A stretch of DNA of 64,000 nucleotides, taken from Tubulanus polymorphus. Taxonomy: Eukaryota > Animalia > Nemertea. Positions 41,401-53,599 of the stretch are shown here, one piece after another (position 1 is the first letter of the stretch; every line of letters begins with the position of its first letter). The stretch is taken from positions 11,874,485-11,938,484 of the forward strand of contig NC_134027.1 in assembly GCF_964204645.1 (NCBI RefSeq), given 5' to 3'. Below the pieces are notes generated by a model, which did not search any database, had not been told where the DNA came from, and worked only from the letters and a program-made list of their open reading frames with translations. The position numbers were made by a program, and so were the translations under genes.

Positions 41401-44400
41401 AGCGTCGAGCTAGAAGCGATATTTGATTACTAATCACCTGTTCTGTTCGATGAGAAGTTGAAGCGTGTTAGGATTCGTGAACTGCGCCTCAGAGTCGACG
41501 ACGAATAGATATTGACATTGCCGCGTTGTACATGCATCGCTGAAACAAATATAACAAAATTGTAAATAGATTAGATGGTTTAAGATTCTGGACTGGGATA
41601 ACCAATTTCAAAGTCGTAGTACAATATTCTAGTTGTGAACTCAAGAGATCACGAGCAAATAATGCTTTTAAGGGACCACGATAGGGGGTCTGTGAAAAAT
41701 GCAAACAAATGCGTACAAAAGTGAAAAGTACAGCTACCTACAAGAGGGGTCAGAAATCGGCAGATAAATGGATGGTCCCTAATCGCAGTGCCTTCTAAAC
41801 TATTTATAACTTTTTACTTCGTATGCAAGGGACTAGGACCAAGAACAAGCAATTTTTGAAAATTTTCAAATGTAAATGATCTTTCCCTTCGTACTCTTCT
41901 GCAGTTTCATTACATTGCAGAGGACAATGCTAAGGGGCCAGTTTTAAAAGTCAATTTTAACACAATTGCACACCAGCAATAATTTAATTACGGTACCTTC
42001 CAGGTTAAAGTCAAAAGTAATCAATAAAACCTGAGTCTAAACATTCTCTTGAATTCACAGCAGTGTCAGTCATACTTACATGGCTTTATTGCGAGCAGTT
42101 TCTTCATCGAAATCTACAACCGTGAACGAATTGTACTCGGGTTTATAATCTCTAATGAATTCATTGACGACGTCCATTTGTTTGCGAATCTGTCAAAGAG
42201 AAAATAAAGCAACGATAAACACTGAAATGTGATAAAAAAAGTCCTACACTGGAAAACGCTGAAAATTTACGTGATATAAATAATTCTGTAAATTCATATA
42301 AAAAACTGAGAACTTGAAAAGTTATTTCACACAAATATCCGGTGCGGGTTCTTAAAAATTGATCACCAGTTAACACAGGTCAGTTCTTTTCTAGAGATAT
42401 GATACGAGATAGTATGCGGTATCTTATATCTTGTATGTCATCTGAGGTCTTCCACGTTTCGGCAAAAAATGTGCGCGCCTTATACTATGTAAGTTTTTAT
42501 GTACCTTGCAATGGAGATAGATGTCTAATTTTGACTTGGGATAAGCTAAATTAACCAGTCGCTTGAAGAAAATCTCTAAGAACGGAGTCGGAAATTCGAT
42601 GAAAACAGACATCTGCACAGTCGGATAGTCCTCTTCCTGGGAAATATGAAAGTATTCACATACGGAACTTAATAATTAACTAATCACGGCATACAGTGAA
42701 TTTCATCTCATTCTCGGTATCTACCACTGTAGTAGTTTTCACCACAATACGACCTCTAAAGTAATTGAAAATGAACTAGAAATTATTCTCATTTCAAGAA
42801 TATTACCTGTATGATCATTTTGGTTGCAATTGAGCTCTTAAAATAGTAAATCAAATAGTAGTGTCAAGTCTGCATTCTGGTAAGCAGAAAGATTTATACA
42901 TAGATGGCCAAAATTTCTGTAGTTACTAAAAACCTATGACAAGTGGTTTCCGAGTTAGGATTTAACTCATTTGACTGGTTGCGAGTTCGCAGAATTCTAC
43001 TGACATAATCAAAATTTGAGTAAAAATTCGTGAAATTCATCCTTTCTACTTTACCTTTAAACCTTTCAGACTTCGTTTCTCTTCATTACAGATGAGACAG
43101 TTGTGGACAGGAGTCCATGATTTTGCCAGGTAATTCGCCAAACTGTTGAATTCAGGCTGAAATAGATCGACAGAAGTCAAATACAGACCATCGCGATGTA
43201 ATGATCTGAAGTGAAACTCGTTTTCGTTCTACACAAGGTCTTCGCCAGATATATATACCTGTCAAAATTGGAACATCCGAAATAATCAGCCAGTCCAACT
43301 CAAGTGGCGCCGCAGGGGGACTTGGGGGCCCACCCCCCAAAAATTTTGAATTTCGGCCACAATTTAAGTGCTTTTAAGAGCACTTGGGGTCAGAGGAATG
43401 GATAAGTATAAAACCTGTCTGAATGTGAACAATGATAGAAATTAATGAAAAAAACAATGAAGCTTAATTTAACTGAGATCTAAGTATGTATATATTTATC
43501 TATCATTTACTAGGACTTTCGGGGGGTTGAGCAATGTCACTAGACACTCCTCTAGGCACTGATATACATAACAGCAGTACTTCCATACCATGATAGGTGC
43601 AGAAGCTATTTTTAAGTTTGCAGGCTACAGTATCATGACATACATACGTACTCCACAAGGGGTTATCATTTATTTATTGTAAAGGGTCAGATGGATGCAT
43701 AATAAACAAAACGCCTGCTATGTTTATACAGCCTGTCATTTTTGAGAAAATCTTCAGATTCTGACCCGTCTTGACCAAACTTTCAGTTTTTCATTTTCTC
43801 CCCGTTGTAAATGACGGGTAGGACGGGTGCTGGCTGAGACCCTGGTTCTACAGTACACAGCACTCAAATCGGATCTTTTCGGACTGTGAAAATCTGTCGG
43901 TCATTCAAAGCTAGATCCGAGATTAATGGTATATACCTGTCATTCATTGGCTCCGAAAATATTTCAACATCCGAGTTAAACAGTAGATCGGATCCAACTT
44001 CGATAAAAATCGATATCAATCATATGAGAAATCAAAAATCACCTTTATCGGTCCATTTCCGTGAACAACAACAGGAGTCGAACCGGTTCTGGTATTATAC
44101 AAAAACCCATTTTCGTCTTCGAATTTCAGAGTCACTTCATCTGCAAAATAAACACGAACACAAATTAACAGACAACAATGAAAATATCAGATGAAATTTT
44201 TGCGAGTGCCGACGAAAATAATCATGATCCGCACCAAAAGCTCCATGTAGGTTCTGAAAAATTTCTGCCTTCGTGTCGAGTTTTATGTTCAGTTGATCCT
44301 GCAATTAAGAATTCATTGATTGGGAAACATCCATTACAGGTTTTAGTGGGGCGACCACCCCTTTCATTTTTTCATCCGACCCTCTGAAAATCAGCCAAAA

Positions 44401-47400
44401 AATATCGGCTGCCCCTACCAGAGTGGATGTCATTGCTGATAATTGCTCTGAAATATATTGTTGAAAGCCTTGAATGCTACTTCGCCAGCCACAATGTCTT
44501 ACACTTGCAGCCCCTTTAAAAATTTCAGCATATGGAAAACACAGATGCTCTGATTGATGATCAGAGGGGAAAAAGTCCACTCACCCTTGAATCCTCATCC
44601 AGAAATACACGAGTGTAATACAACTGGTCAAAATTATCTTCGATCGGCGAGTGAGTGACGATTCTATAAATAGTCGCCGCGTATCCAATAAACCCTTGAA
44701 ATACATAACAGTGAAAATATCAAACCTACGAAAATTAAACCATGCAATCTCAGTTTATGTCAGTGAAGACTGACAATGATGAGATTTAGGTAAAATCACA
44801 AAAAAAGATAAGAACAAACAAAATACTTCATCAATCGGGGATTTCTATTCTATTTTACGGTACTTACCTCCCGAATTGAGATACCTCTTTTCATTGTGTT
44901 GTACAGCTGGGTAACGAGACTAAAATAAAAACAGTCGAAAATTCGCATGAAACACTCATAACGGTTTATTTTTTAAAACAAATCAGCTTGTAGGCTACTA
45001 AACAAAACTACTGATATTTCTAATATCAATGTGCTGTACTAAACAAAACTACTGATATTTCTAATATCAATGTGCTGTACTGAACAAAATTACTGATATT
45101 TCTAATATCAATATGCTGTACTGAACAAAACTACTGATATTTCTAATATCAATGTGCTTTACTGAACAAAACTACTGATATTTCTAATATCAATGTGCTG
45201 TACTAAACAAAACTACTGATATTTCTAATATCAATGTGCTGTAATGAACAAAATTACTGATATTTCTAATATCAATATGCTGTACTGAACAAAACTACTG
45301 ATATTTCTAATATCAATGTGCTTTACTGAACAAAACTACTGATATTTCTAATAACAGTATGCTGTACTGAACAAAACTACTGGTATTTCTATTATCAATG
45401 TGCTGTACTGAACAAAACTACTGGTATTTCTATTATCAATGTACTGTACGGAACAAAACTATTGATATTTCTAATATCAATGTGCTGTACTGAACAAAAT
45501 TACTGATATTTCTAATAACAATATGCTGTACTGAACAAAACTACTGATATTTCTAATATCAATGTGCTGTACTGAACAAAACTACTGATATTTCTAATAA
45601 CAATATGCTGTACTGAACAAAACTACTGGTATTTCTATTATCAATGTGCTGTACTGAACAAAACTATTGATACTTCTAATATCAATGTGCTGTACTGAAC
45701 AAAATTACTGATATTTCTAATATCAATATGCTGTACTGAACAGAACTACTGATATTTCTAACATCAATATGCTGTACTGAACAAAACTATTGATATTTCT
45801 AATATCAATGTGCTGTACTGAACAAAATTACTGATATTTCTAATATCAATATGCTGTACTGAACAAAACTACTGATATTTCTAATATCAATGTGCTGTAC
45901 TGAACAAAACTACTGATATATCTAATATCAATGTGCTGTACTGAACTAAACTACTGATATTTCTAATAACAATATGCTGTACTGAACAAAACTACTGATA
46001 TTTCTAATATCAATGTGCTTTACTGAACAAAACTACTGATATTTCTAATAACAATATGCTGTACTGTACAAAACTACTGATATTTCTAATATCAATGTGC
46101 TTTACTGAACAAAACTACTGGTATTTCTATTATCAATGTGCTGTACTGAACAAAACTATTGATATTTCTAATATCAATGTGCTTTACTGAAAGAAACTAT
46201 TGATATTTCAATGTGCTGTACTGAACAAAATTGCTGATATTTCAAATATGAAGTACATTTGTCCTGATATTCAAATCAAATATCGATGTCCCCTTTTGAG
46301 CAAACTAACTGACCTTCAGACTTCGATCAGGCCAACAGAAATCTTCAGCGCCAAAAACAGCTTTCGCATCCATTTTTGCGAATAGTTCCTTGATTTTTTC
46401 GGCTGTTTGGGTAAACACAAGGTCGTAACTGAAATTCAAATTTCCACTGCGGTTCTCTTTATCCCTGGTTTCAGAAAAAAATTTTACTCGAGGGGGGATT
46501 TTTATGGAAGCCCCTAGGGTGACATAAGAGATAATCCCTTCACAATTTCGACTTATTATGTTGAATTTCTAGTTAATTATGTCAAATTTTGTGTTATTTT
46601 CATGTAGACTTAATATCTCGAAATTTGACATAAAAATAACTCGAAATCTGACATATTTCTCGAATTTCGACTTAATAAGTCGAAATTGTGGAAAGATTAC
46701 ATCGTATGTCACCAAGGGGCTTCTGTAGATTTTCCACCCTAAAAGTCTTAAATTCAAAATTCATACCATAATACCTTATCAAACAAAGCTGCTGCACAAT
46801 GCGACATTCATCGTGACATAATGATATTATAATTTTGCCGTTTCAAATTTGAGAATGCACAAGTTTGCACAATTCGTTACAAATCTCTGAACCCCACACT
46901 AAGCAATTTTCCATCGCGAACAGAAAGACTTTTTATCGTCGACAATTTTTGTTTAAATCACCGACAATCGCCCTCCGGTTGCCTACATGGCGTACTAGAT
47001 GATTTTTGTGGCCGATCGCAGGCCATTGTCGTGCCTCGAGTTGTTGGGGACACTTCACTTCATAACGCTGCCATTTAGTCAATCGCACACTCTATCCGGG
47101 CGCTGATTAGCTGGTTTTCATGAATTCAATGCCACTCGTCGCTAGTAGCCACACTATACGTGACTGACGGTGATTTGCTGCCAATCTAGCAGGCGATAGA
47201 TATCGTAGTGAATTTATCACTCGCGACAAAAATCACCAAGAAATCATTGAGAGTACGCTGGGCTTAAGACATTTTGTTTTGTTTCCAATCTATCATCCTC
47301 CATTCGAGAAAATATTTGGTCGAATAAGCGTTTTTTTTGGGGGGGGGCAGGAGGGACACCAGATACACAAACCTGTCGACGAACAAAATCAAGAGATTTT

Positions 47401-48517
47401 CATCATCTTTATACGATTCTAGAGCATCGGACAGAAACCTCACTTTCCGTCCACTTCCGCGCCCCTCAACATTACCACCTACCCAGTTCGTACCCATACC
47501 TAGAACCTGCAAAACAAAGTAGGCAACGAATTTTGAGTTTACATAAGACGAATATGAAATGAACAACAGGACACACAAAGACACTGTCTCTAGGAGATGC
47601 CTACATTGACATTATAATCATATTTTCGAGCGGATCTCATAAATCGTTGAAATCCATCTGTATTGTCAGTGGCCACAGTAAACACGATAAGATCTGAAAT
47701 CAAAAGCGATACGGTGAAAATAGCGACAATAGGAAAAGTGGATTATTTACTGACGTATCATTAGGCCTATCGTAGTAAACGTTGTTATGCCAGATTCTAT
47801 ATAATAATAGGCCTAGGGCTTACTCAAAGGCGGATTTAAGGAGGTCCCCTTCAAATTCAAATGTACCCTCTTTCAAAGACTGGAAAAATATTTCTTGCAG
47901 AGAAAATTTCAAAAAATTTTCCTGTTTCGCTCCCAGCAGGTGTGGTGCCGTGGTGGGTCTGTAAGGGACACTCAATCAAAAAATCAAACGAAATTTACCC
48001 ACAGGGGCTCGTATCAGAGTTGTAGGTAATGTAAAAACGATAATCTGTTAATCGAATGTGTTATTTTTATACATACTATATACATTGGACTAACAGATTA
48101 TCGTTTTTACATTACCTACAACTCTACGAGCCCCTGTGAATTTACCAACCAAATAAATAACAGGGACAATCCCTATTTTAAGATAAAATTAAAAAAAGGC
48201 ACTAGACCACCGAGCTCACCGAAAACCCAACCGAATGTTTTAACTATATATAGCACTCAACCTTACCCTAACCCTATATCCAGGGGTTAAACGGACCCTA
48301 ACCCTCTGGTAAAATATCCACTTTTCGTTTCTCATACCCAATCATGCGGCAATAATAATGATGATGTTTTGTTCAATCTGAATCATGTCATTTTAGGTTC
48401 AATAATTTAAGTCATTATCAACTCAAACCGACCTCCATCTTCTTCATTTTTAGAAGCTGAAAACTGCAAACAACAAATTGTCATCAAAATTATTGTCTCA
48501 ATCACTCTCAACATCAT
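35438..48517 (-). CDS. PLOD: Procollagen-lysine 2-oxoglutarate 5-dioxygenase (lysyl hydroxylase/glycosyltransferase family), 20 coding exons, 723 aa
   Basis: Exons 48433-48517 (signal peptide [22 protein letters not shown]), 47605-47693, 47373-47506, 46314-46428, 44868-44919, 44585-44694, 44235-44298, 44043-44140, 43055-43156, 42505-42636, 42080-42189, 41438-41539, 41220-41345, 40003-40135, 38990-39103, 37801-37869, 37235-37339, 37020-37166, 36508-36636, 35438-35593 (2172 nt, phases consistent). Motifs [89 protein letters not shown]-stop. Confidence 0.95.
36071..36200. mobile_element. MITE with TAY..RTA termini and 6-bp TSD (IS3EU-like)
   Basis: Perfect 30-bp TIR TACGGAAGCCCCTAGGTGACATACGAGAAA; CTTTAC duplicated at 36065-36070 and 36201-36206. 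Confidence 0.8.
38337..38610. mobile_element. piggyBac-type MITE, inverted sister copy of 31436-31723
   Basis: TTAA on both sides; TIR CCCTTTCAGTGC..GCACTGAAAGGG; interior is the reverse complement of the 31.4 kb copy. Confidence 0.85.
40726..40915 (-). mobile_element. SINE body (CORE-like central domain)
   Basis: Minus strand GTGTCCTCAGGCAAGACA..CATTGCCTCTCTCCACCCAGG..TGGGTACC with a TAATAA tail, the pattern of invertebrate CORE-related SINEs. Confidence 0.5.
44996..46248. repeat. 41-bp minisatellite, about 30 copies, in PLOD intron 4
   Basis: Unit TACTGAACAAAACTACTGATATTTCTAATATCAATGTGCTG, head to tail without spacers. Confidence 0.98.
46503..46727. mobile_element. Second copy of the TAY..RTA MITE family
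   Basis: TATGGAAGCCCCTAGGGTGACATA..TATGTCACCAAGGGGCTTCTGTA with GATTTT duplicated on both flanks. Confidence 0.8.
47921..48197 (+). mobile_element. Short copy of the LINE 3' end (or tail-sharing SINE) with nested MITE
   Basis: CCTGTTTC..CCCAGCAGGTGTGGTG..GTAAGGGACAC..CAATCCCTATTTTAAGA plus an A-rich tail matches the reverse complement of 60285-60392. Confidence 0.7.
48000..48138. mobile_element. Palindromic MITE with 8-bp TSD
   Basis: TIR CACAGGGGCTCGTA..TACGAGCCCCTGTG with long inverted arms, flanked by AATTTACC on both sides (47992-47999, 48139-48146). Related partial copies at 48731-48998. Confidence 0.85.
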
Positions 48518-49324
48518 GACAAGAGTTGTATTAACAAGAAAAGTTACAATCACAGAAAAGTTTTGCTCATTTCCCGGTTTTACGGGGACCGGGTGCTCGA
48601 CGCTTGACTCCAGAACCAGGTTTTACCCAGAATTGTTTTATTGTTTCCGAGTTCGAATCCCAGAGAACGGGATTAAATAACCGCAAGGATCTAGAAATTG
48701 ATACAAACAAGTGAGGCCCATTCGTTAATTCCACAGGGGCTCGTATGAGAGTTGTAGGTAGTGTAAAAATAATAATCTGTTAATCCAATATCTATGATAA
48801 AATAATTGTTCTATATACTACTGATAGATTAGGCCTATCTTTTACAAGTGAGGCCCATTCGCTAATTCCACAGGGGCTCGTATCAGAGTTGTAGGTAGTG
48901 TAAAAACAATAATCTGTTAATCCAATATCTATGATAAAATGATTGTTCTAAATACTATTGATAGATTATCTTTTACAACTCGGTTACGAGCCCCTGTGTG
49001 GTTAATTCGTTTTTAGGCTCAATGTTGTCTGGTCAGTATAGAGGCTTCACTAAATAAGCGTTTTAGTGTTAAATACTTTAGGCCTTAAAGTTCACAGAGC
49101 CGGTGGCGCGGATAGATCTAATAGTCAAAATTCGGTAAAAATGCCAAAGCCTCTAGAAGTAAAGACGCGTATATATGTTAAATCATTAAAATTAAGTAGA
49201 ATTTATAAATGCATTTGATAGTGCTGTTAAAAAGAGTTTTCGGAATAAAAAGTTAATTGATTGTATACGTTGTTATTTAGGCAATTTTGAGACGAGAAAA
49301 TCCACAATATCCGTGTATGATAAA

Positions 49325-49501
49325 AACGAGAGAAATCCCACGATAAATTCAGCCAAAAATAAAAAGTTTATAATGAAATGATTATATTTCGAGCAACGGC
49401 TAAATGCTTTTAGCCATCATCAGTAAGCCCGAAACGGCGTTGCGTCGCATGATAGAACTTTTCATTTTTGGCTGAATTTATTGTGGGATTTCTCTCTCGT
49501 T
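49325..49501. repeat. Inverted repeat enclosing hammerhead-like motifs (possible Penelope-like element relic)
   Basis: Arms ACGAGAGAAATCCCACGATAAATTCAGCCAAAAAT / ATTTTTGGCTGAATTTATTGTGGGATTTCTCTC. Minus-strand CTGATGA at 49417-49423 followed by a stem and CGAAA; plus-strand CGAAAC..GTC at 49430-49446. Confidence 0.5.
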
Positions 49502-50742
49502 GTGATTTATATTCCTTCGATAATAACCATTTTTAGATTGTTTTGAGATATCATTCAACCAAATTCTCATCATGTGCCTGGAATGCGTTTTATTATGTTG
49601 CGCAACTTACTGAAAATTAACATCGAAATCATGTTATTTCCTCATATTTTCATATCATGTGATGCTTTTCCTGTCGTATTGCATATTCTTTGACGAAGGT
49701 TGAACTGTCTTCCAATTCTGATCAACATCGAAATCATGTTATTTCTAGCCCATATATTTTCATATCATGTTTTTGTAATTAATGCTTTTCCTGTCGAATT
49801 GCATATTCTTTGACGAGGACTCTGTTGATTCAACTGTCCTCAAATTCTGATCCATGTAGCTCCTTCCTCGGACACCATCGCTAAATCCTCGACGACCACT
49901 CCGATAATCCCAACTCTAACAGCACTTAAGGTTTGCCATGAATTATCCAGACCGGTCTGGAGAATGAATTTGTGAGGCACGACTCTACTGGTCAAGCATT
50001 TAAACGAAACCGCGCAACTAATTTTTCTTCCCTGTACAAAGAAGCTGAAATACTTAGAAGGTGATAGATGGCGCGTTGGTATTATGATTATTCTCTATGA
50101 AAATACGAGTCACCGGTGACTGTGTACCGCGTAGCGAATCTGTGGTACGAAAGTCACCGGGCGTACCCGGTAGCACGTAACGAAAGGGTTAAACGCGAGA
50201 ACGACAACGATGATTGTACGTACCAAAAGTAGAAGAGAATATTTTTTTCCAGCATGAACCCTTATGTCTCAACTATGCTCTTGATTGAGTTCAATTCGGA
50301 AAGAAATGAGAAAGGTAAGCAACATCTACACGCATGGAATCTTAAAACTTGTTTTTGTTTTTGTGTTTAAACTTCATTAATGGTCAACGTACCGGTAGGA
50401 GGCTATATTCAGCGAGTTTAATGTATGTACTGCATATGCGAGTTATTCTGTTACTTTTGGATGACAAATATATAATATACTTTTAATCATGAAAATGTAT
50501 ATTATTCAGTTATCCATTCCCAGTATATCAAAACTCGAGTTGACCAGTCACGATAGGTAACAGTGAATTCAAGATCAAAATTCTTTATTCTTCCTCTCAA
50601 AACAACAAAACTTTTCATTTGCATATCATACAATGCCTCCGGGAAAGGCCGCTGGGTTTATTTATCCCTTGCCAAACAAATTCCCAAAAGATGGTCTACT
50701 CAGTCTTCTTGTTTTCCAGAAATAAAAGATGTGTAAAGCGGT

Positions 50743-52188
50743 CATACTAAACACCGTCAGGAGCCGTCAGACACCGTCCTAGAACCGCCAGAAACCGTGT
50801 CAGACACCGTCAGGAAGACCGTCAGACACGTCCTAGAACCGCCAGAAACCGTGCCAGACACCGTCAGGAAGACCGTCAGACACCGTCATGAAGAGTGAAT
50901 CTTGAAGGCAGAAAAGGAAAGCAAATTTGAAACGACTCTTGAAAATACTAAAATGTTGTTTATTCACAATTTGAGAAATCAACTCAAGCTTATACATTAA
51001 GAGTACGCCGAAATTAAAATAAAGGCAAAATTTAAAATAACAATATACAAATACACTACACAGGGTAAATGACTGACAAAATTGATATTTACATGAATAG
51101 GAAACGCAATCCCTGGTAAACAATTTATTCCGGCCCATTTATTCAACTTTTAAAAGGCAAAATAATCTAATGAAAAAAAGAAACTTTATTATAAATTTAT
51201 ACAAGGTAAATGACTGACAAAATTGATATTTACATGAATAGGAAACGCAATTTATTCAACTTTTTCGAACTGTAATGTACATTGAAATCAAGGCAAAGTA
51301 ATCGATCTTATTTTAGAATAATTATACATTGATACAAATATAAGATTTTATACAAAATAAACAAATGAAAAATTAACTAGAAAATTAAATTTATATATAC
51401 TAGTTGATACAAATATCCATGAAAATTGATATGGCAATAAGAATGTATGTGTCAAGTTATGTTTTTTTTAAATTGTAATTGATCTCGTCGCTTCTTGGCA
51501 ACATTACTTGGCGTAAATACGGCAGGTGCCTTTTTCCGTCTGGTTGGTTTTTTGTCACTCATGGTTATCCTTTCATTCCTCACAACTTCGTTCTATCAAG
51601 AATCTCACCACAATAAAATTGGAATCACCCGTCGCGATAGAGAGATAACAAAATATGACGTGCTGAAGAATCATTTGTTGGTTTTTATGTGTTAATTGTG
51701 AATAGGATTAGTGACCCGTGGCAATATGATATGTAGTGTATCTAAAAACCCCAATAATTAAGTAGGGGGTCTTATAGCTCGAAATAAAAGCATAGTTCAT
51801 TAGTGCGTTGTGCATCAGGCGTGTCTGTTAGGGGTTAGGGAACATGGAACAGACCCAGTTTGCAATTTATTAATCACTTTGTTGTCATTTCGAAGTAATA
51901 ACAATTTGGCAAAATAAAGTGATTGTTAGATTTAGAAACAAAATCGGAAAAAGCTTATTGTCGAGTTTACAAAGGAAAACTCGTGTTATATGAAAAAATT
52001 TATTTCCAAATTCAATTTGCACAGTAGGGCTCATTTAGTGTTGATTTTAATATAAAATATTCAATTTTAGAATTCACAATCATTGTTTTTTATTTCCTGA
52101 CGGTCTTCCTGACGGTGTCTGACGGTGTCTGATGGTTCCTGACGGTTCCTGGCAGTTCCTGGCGGTGTCTGACGGTGTTTAGTATGGG
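50743..52188. mobile_element. Non-autonomous TIR (foldback-like) DNA element, about 1.45 kb
   Basis: Inverted ends CATACTAAACACCGTCAG (50743) and CTGACGGTGTTTAGTATG(GG) (to 52188). Subterminal tandem ACCGTCAG/CTGACGGT units at 50750-50890 and 52097-52178. AT-rich interior with no transposase ORF. Confidence 0.75.
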
Positions 52189-52192
52189 TTTA

Positions 52193-52716
52193 TTATCCCT
52201 GGTAAACAATTTATTGAACGTAAAAGTTAGTGCCATTTTTAAATACATCCGGATGAAAGAAGGCTGCAGTTGTGCAGCGTTTAACCAACGAGCAATTTCA
52301 TTGTTGAGATCGTAGGTTTAACTTACCGTAGACATGCGTTGTAAGCGATTTTGCAGCAAACACCCTATAAAAGTAAATTTCTCGAAATCATTGAAAGCAA
52401 AGAAAACATAAACATCCGGATGTTAATTAAATTCGATTCGAAGGTTACTTAGCGAGTTTCCAGATACTGACCCTTGCACCCGGAACTCCGTGTCTAAAAT
52501 TAATCACATACATATCTTATTTTTATGAATAAATTCTTCAAAATAACTTCATCAATGAACGGAGCTATATACACAGTTTTCTTGCCTCAGTTTTCTGAAA
52601 CTTTTCGATTCGTTTTCAGCAATGTTGTTGAAATTCGCAAAACGCCAAACCCAACCTTGAACCATAGATGTGCAAATAAGCATCGTTAAACAAATCAACA
52701 AGACGCATTTATTCAT
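52193..52716 (-). CDS. Small secreted peptide precursor, multi-exon, mature region unresolved
   Basis: Exon 52656-52737 has a good acceptor and donor and encodes the signal peptide MNKCVLLICLTMLICTSMVQ ending in phase 1. Further well-formed exon at 52327-52364 (ttttatag...gtaagt), candidate exons at 52449/52472-52493 and 52512-52564, last acceptor (CTAAC...tttaccag) at 52198. 5' UTR exons at about 53545-53605, 53336-53348 and 52911-52928. Confidence 0.55.
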
Positions 52717-53401
52717 GATGTCGGAGGTGTTCAAAATCTGCGAAAATAACCAGAAACCTATAAATCATTTATCTATAACATTTCCGATTGCCCTAAAATG
52801 CAAGATTCAAATCTTTGTGAAAGCCTTGGTTTTCCGAAACAGACGCCTGGATTGGACCCGGACTACGCAACTGTAACCATGAGCTGCATATTTCATTATC
52901 ATAAGCTTACCTGTTGGTGAGTTTTATTCTAAAAGACTCCAGCCGACAGACTGTTTTGGGCGAGAATGAAGCTCCGATTTAATATAGTTTGTAACAGAAG
53001 TAAATCGCGAACAAAGACTATCTATTTACTAAATTGCAGGAAAGTCGGTAAACTGTTAGGTAAATTGACGCCGAAATATGAGGGCTGTTTCCCGAGAGCG
53101 TCTGTTGTGACGTGCGGGCCATGGCAATTGAATTTTGAAATAGATATGGAATTCATACTAAACGTAAAGAACCGCCATTCATAATTTCTGCTATACGGTA
53201 ATGATACGCCGGTCACAATCCTCTCCTTAGTCGTATATTAATGAAAGCGATGATCGGTCCGCGCACAAACCTAAGTAAAAACTAAAATACCGGAAATTCG
53301 AATGAATATAGCGAAGATAAAGCGAATTTATTTACCTTAATATTTGAACTGAGAACGCAATCCAAATCCTAGCTCTCAAAATTGATCCCTTGCCTACACT
53401 C

Positions 53402-53515
53402 CTGGGTCCAGTTCCACAATTGTGAGTTAAGATTTGACTCTGAGTTAACTCATTGAAAATGAACTAACTTTAACTCAGAGTTAACTCTAACTCACAACTG
53501 TGGAACTGGGTCCTG
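53402..53515. mobile_element. Short palindromic MITE (CTG-flanked, PIF/Harbinger-like)
   Basis: GGTCCAGTTCCACA..TGTGGAACTGGGTC. Sister copies at 55036-55149 (inverted) and about 26240-26355. Confidence 0.7.
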
Positions 53516-53599
53516 TTGGTTACAAACTCCCTAAACAATATCACCTCCCAATCGATCTCTAACGAGTGTCTAACGAGTGTCCTTTTGAGTGTCTATCGA

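Noticed and set aside
44996-46248. Regular repeat resembling a CRISPR array
   Set aside because: Contiguous units without unique spacers, inside a eukaryotic intron, and no cas genes.
49840-50256. Possible second secreted protein on the minus strand (KKYSLLLLVRTIIVVVLAF... spliced to GRKISCAVSFKC...)
   Set aside because: Needs a one-base insertion in an A7 run to connect to an ATG, overlaps a piggyBac-like end (TTAACCCTTT) and competes with other equally weak exon readings. Worth a glance only if reads show A8.
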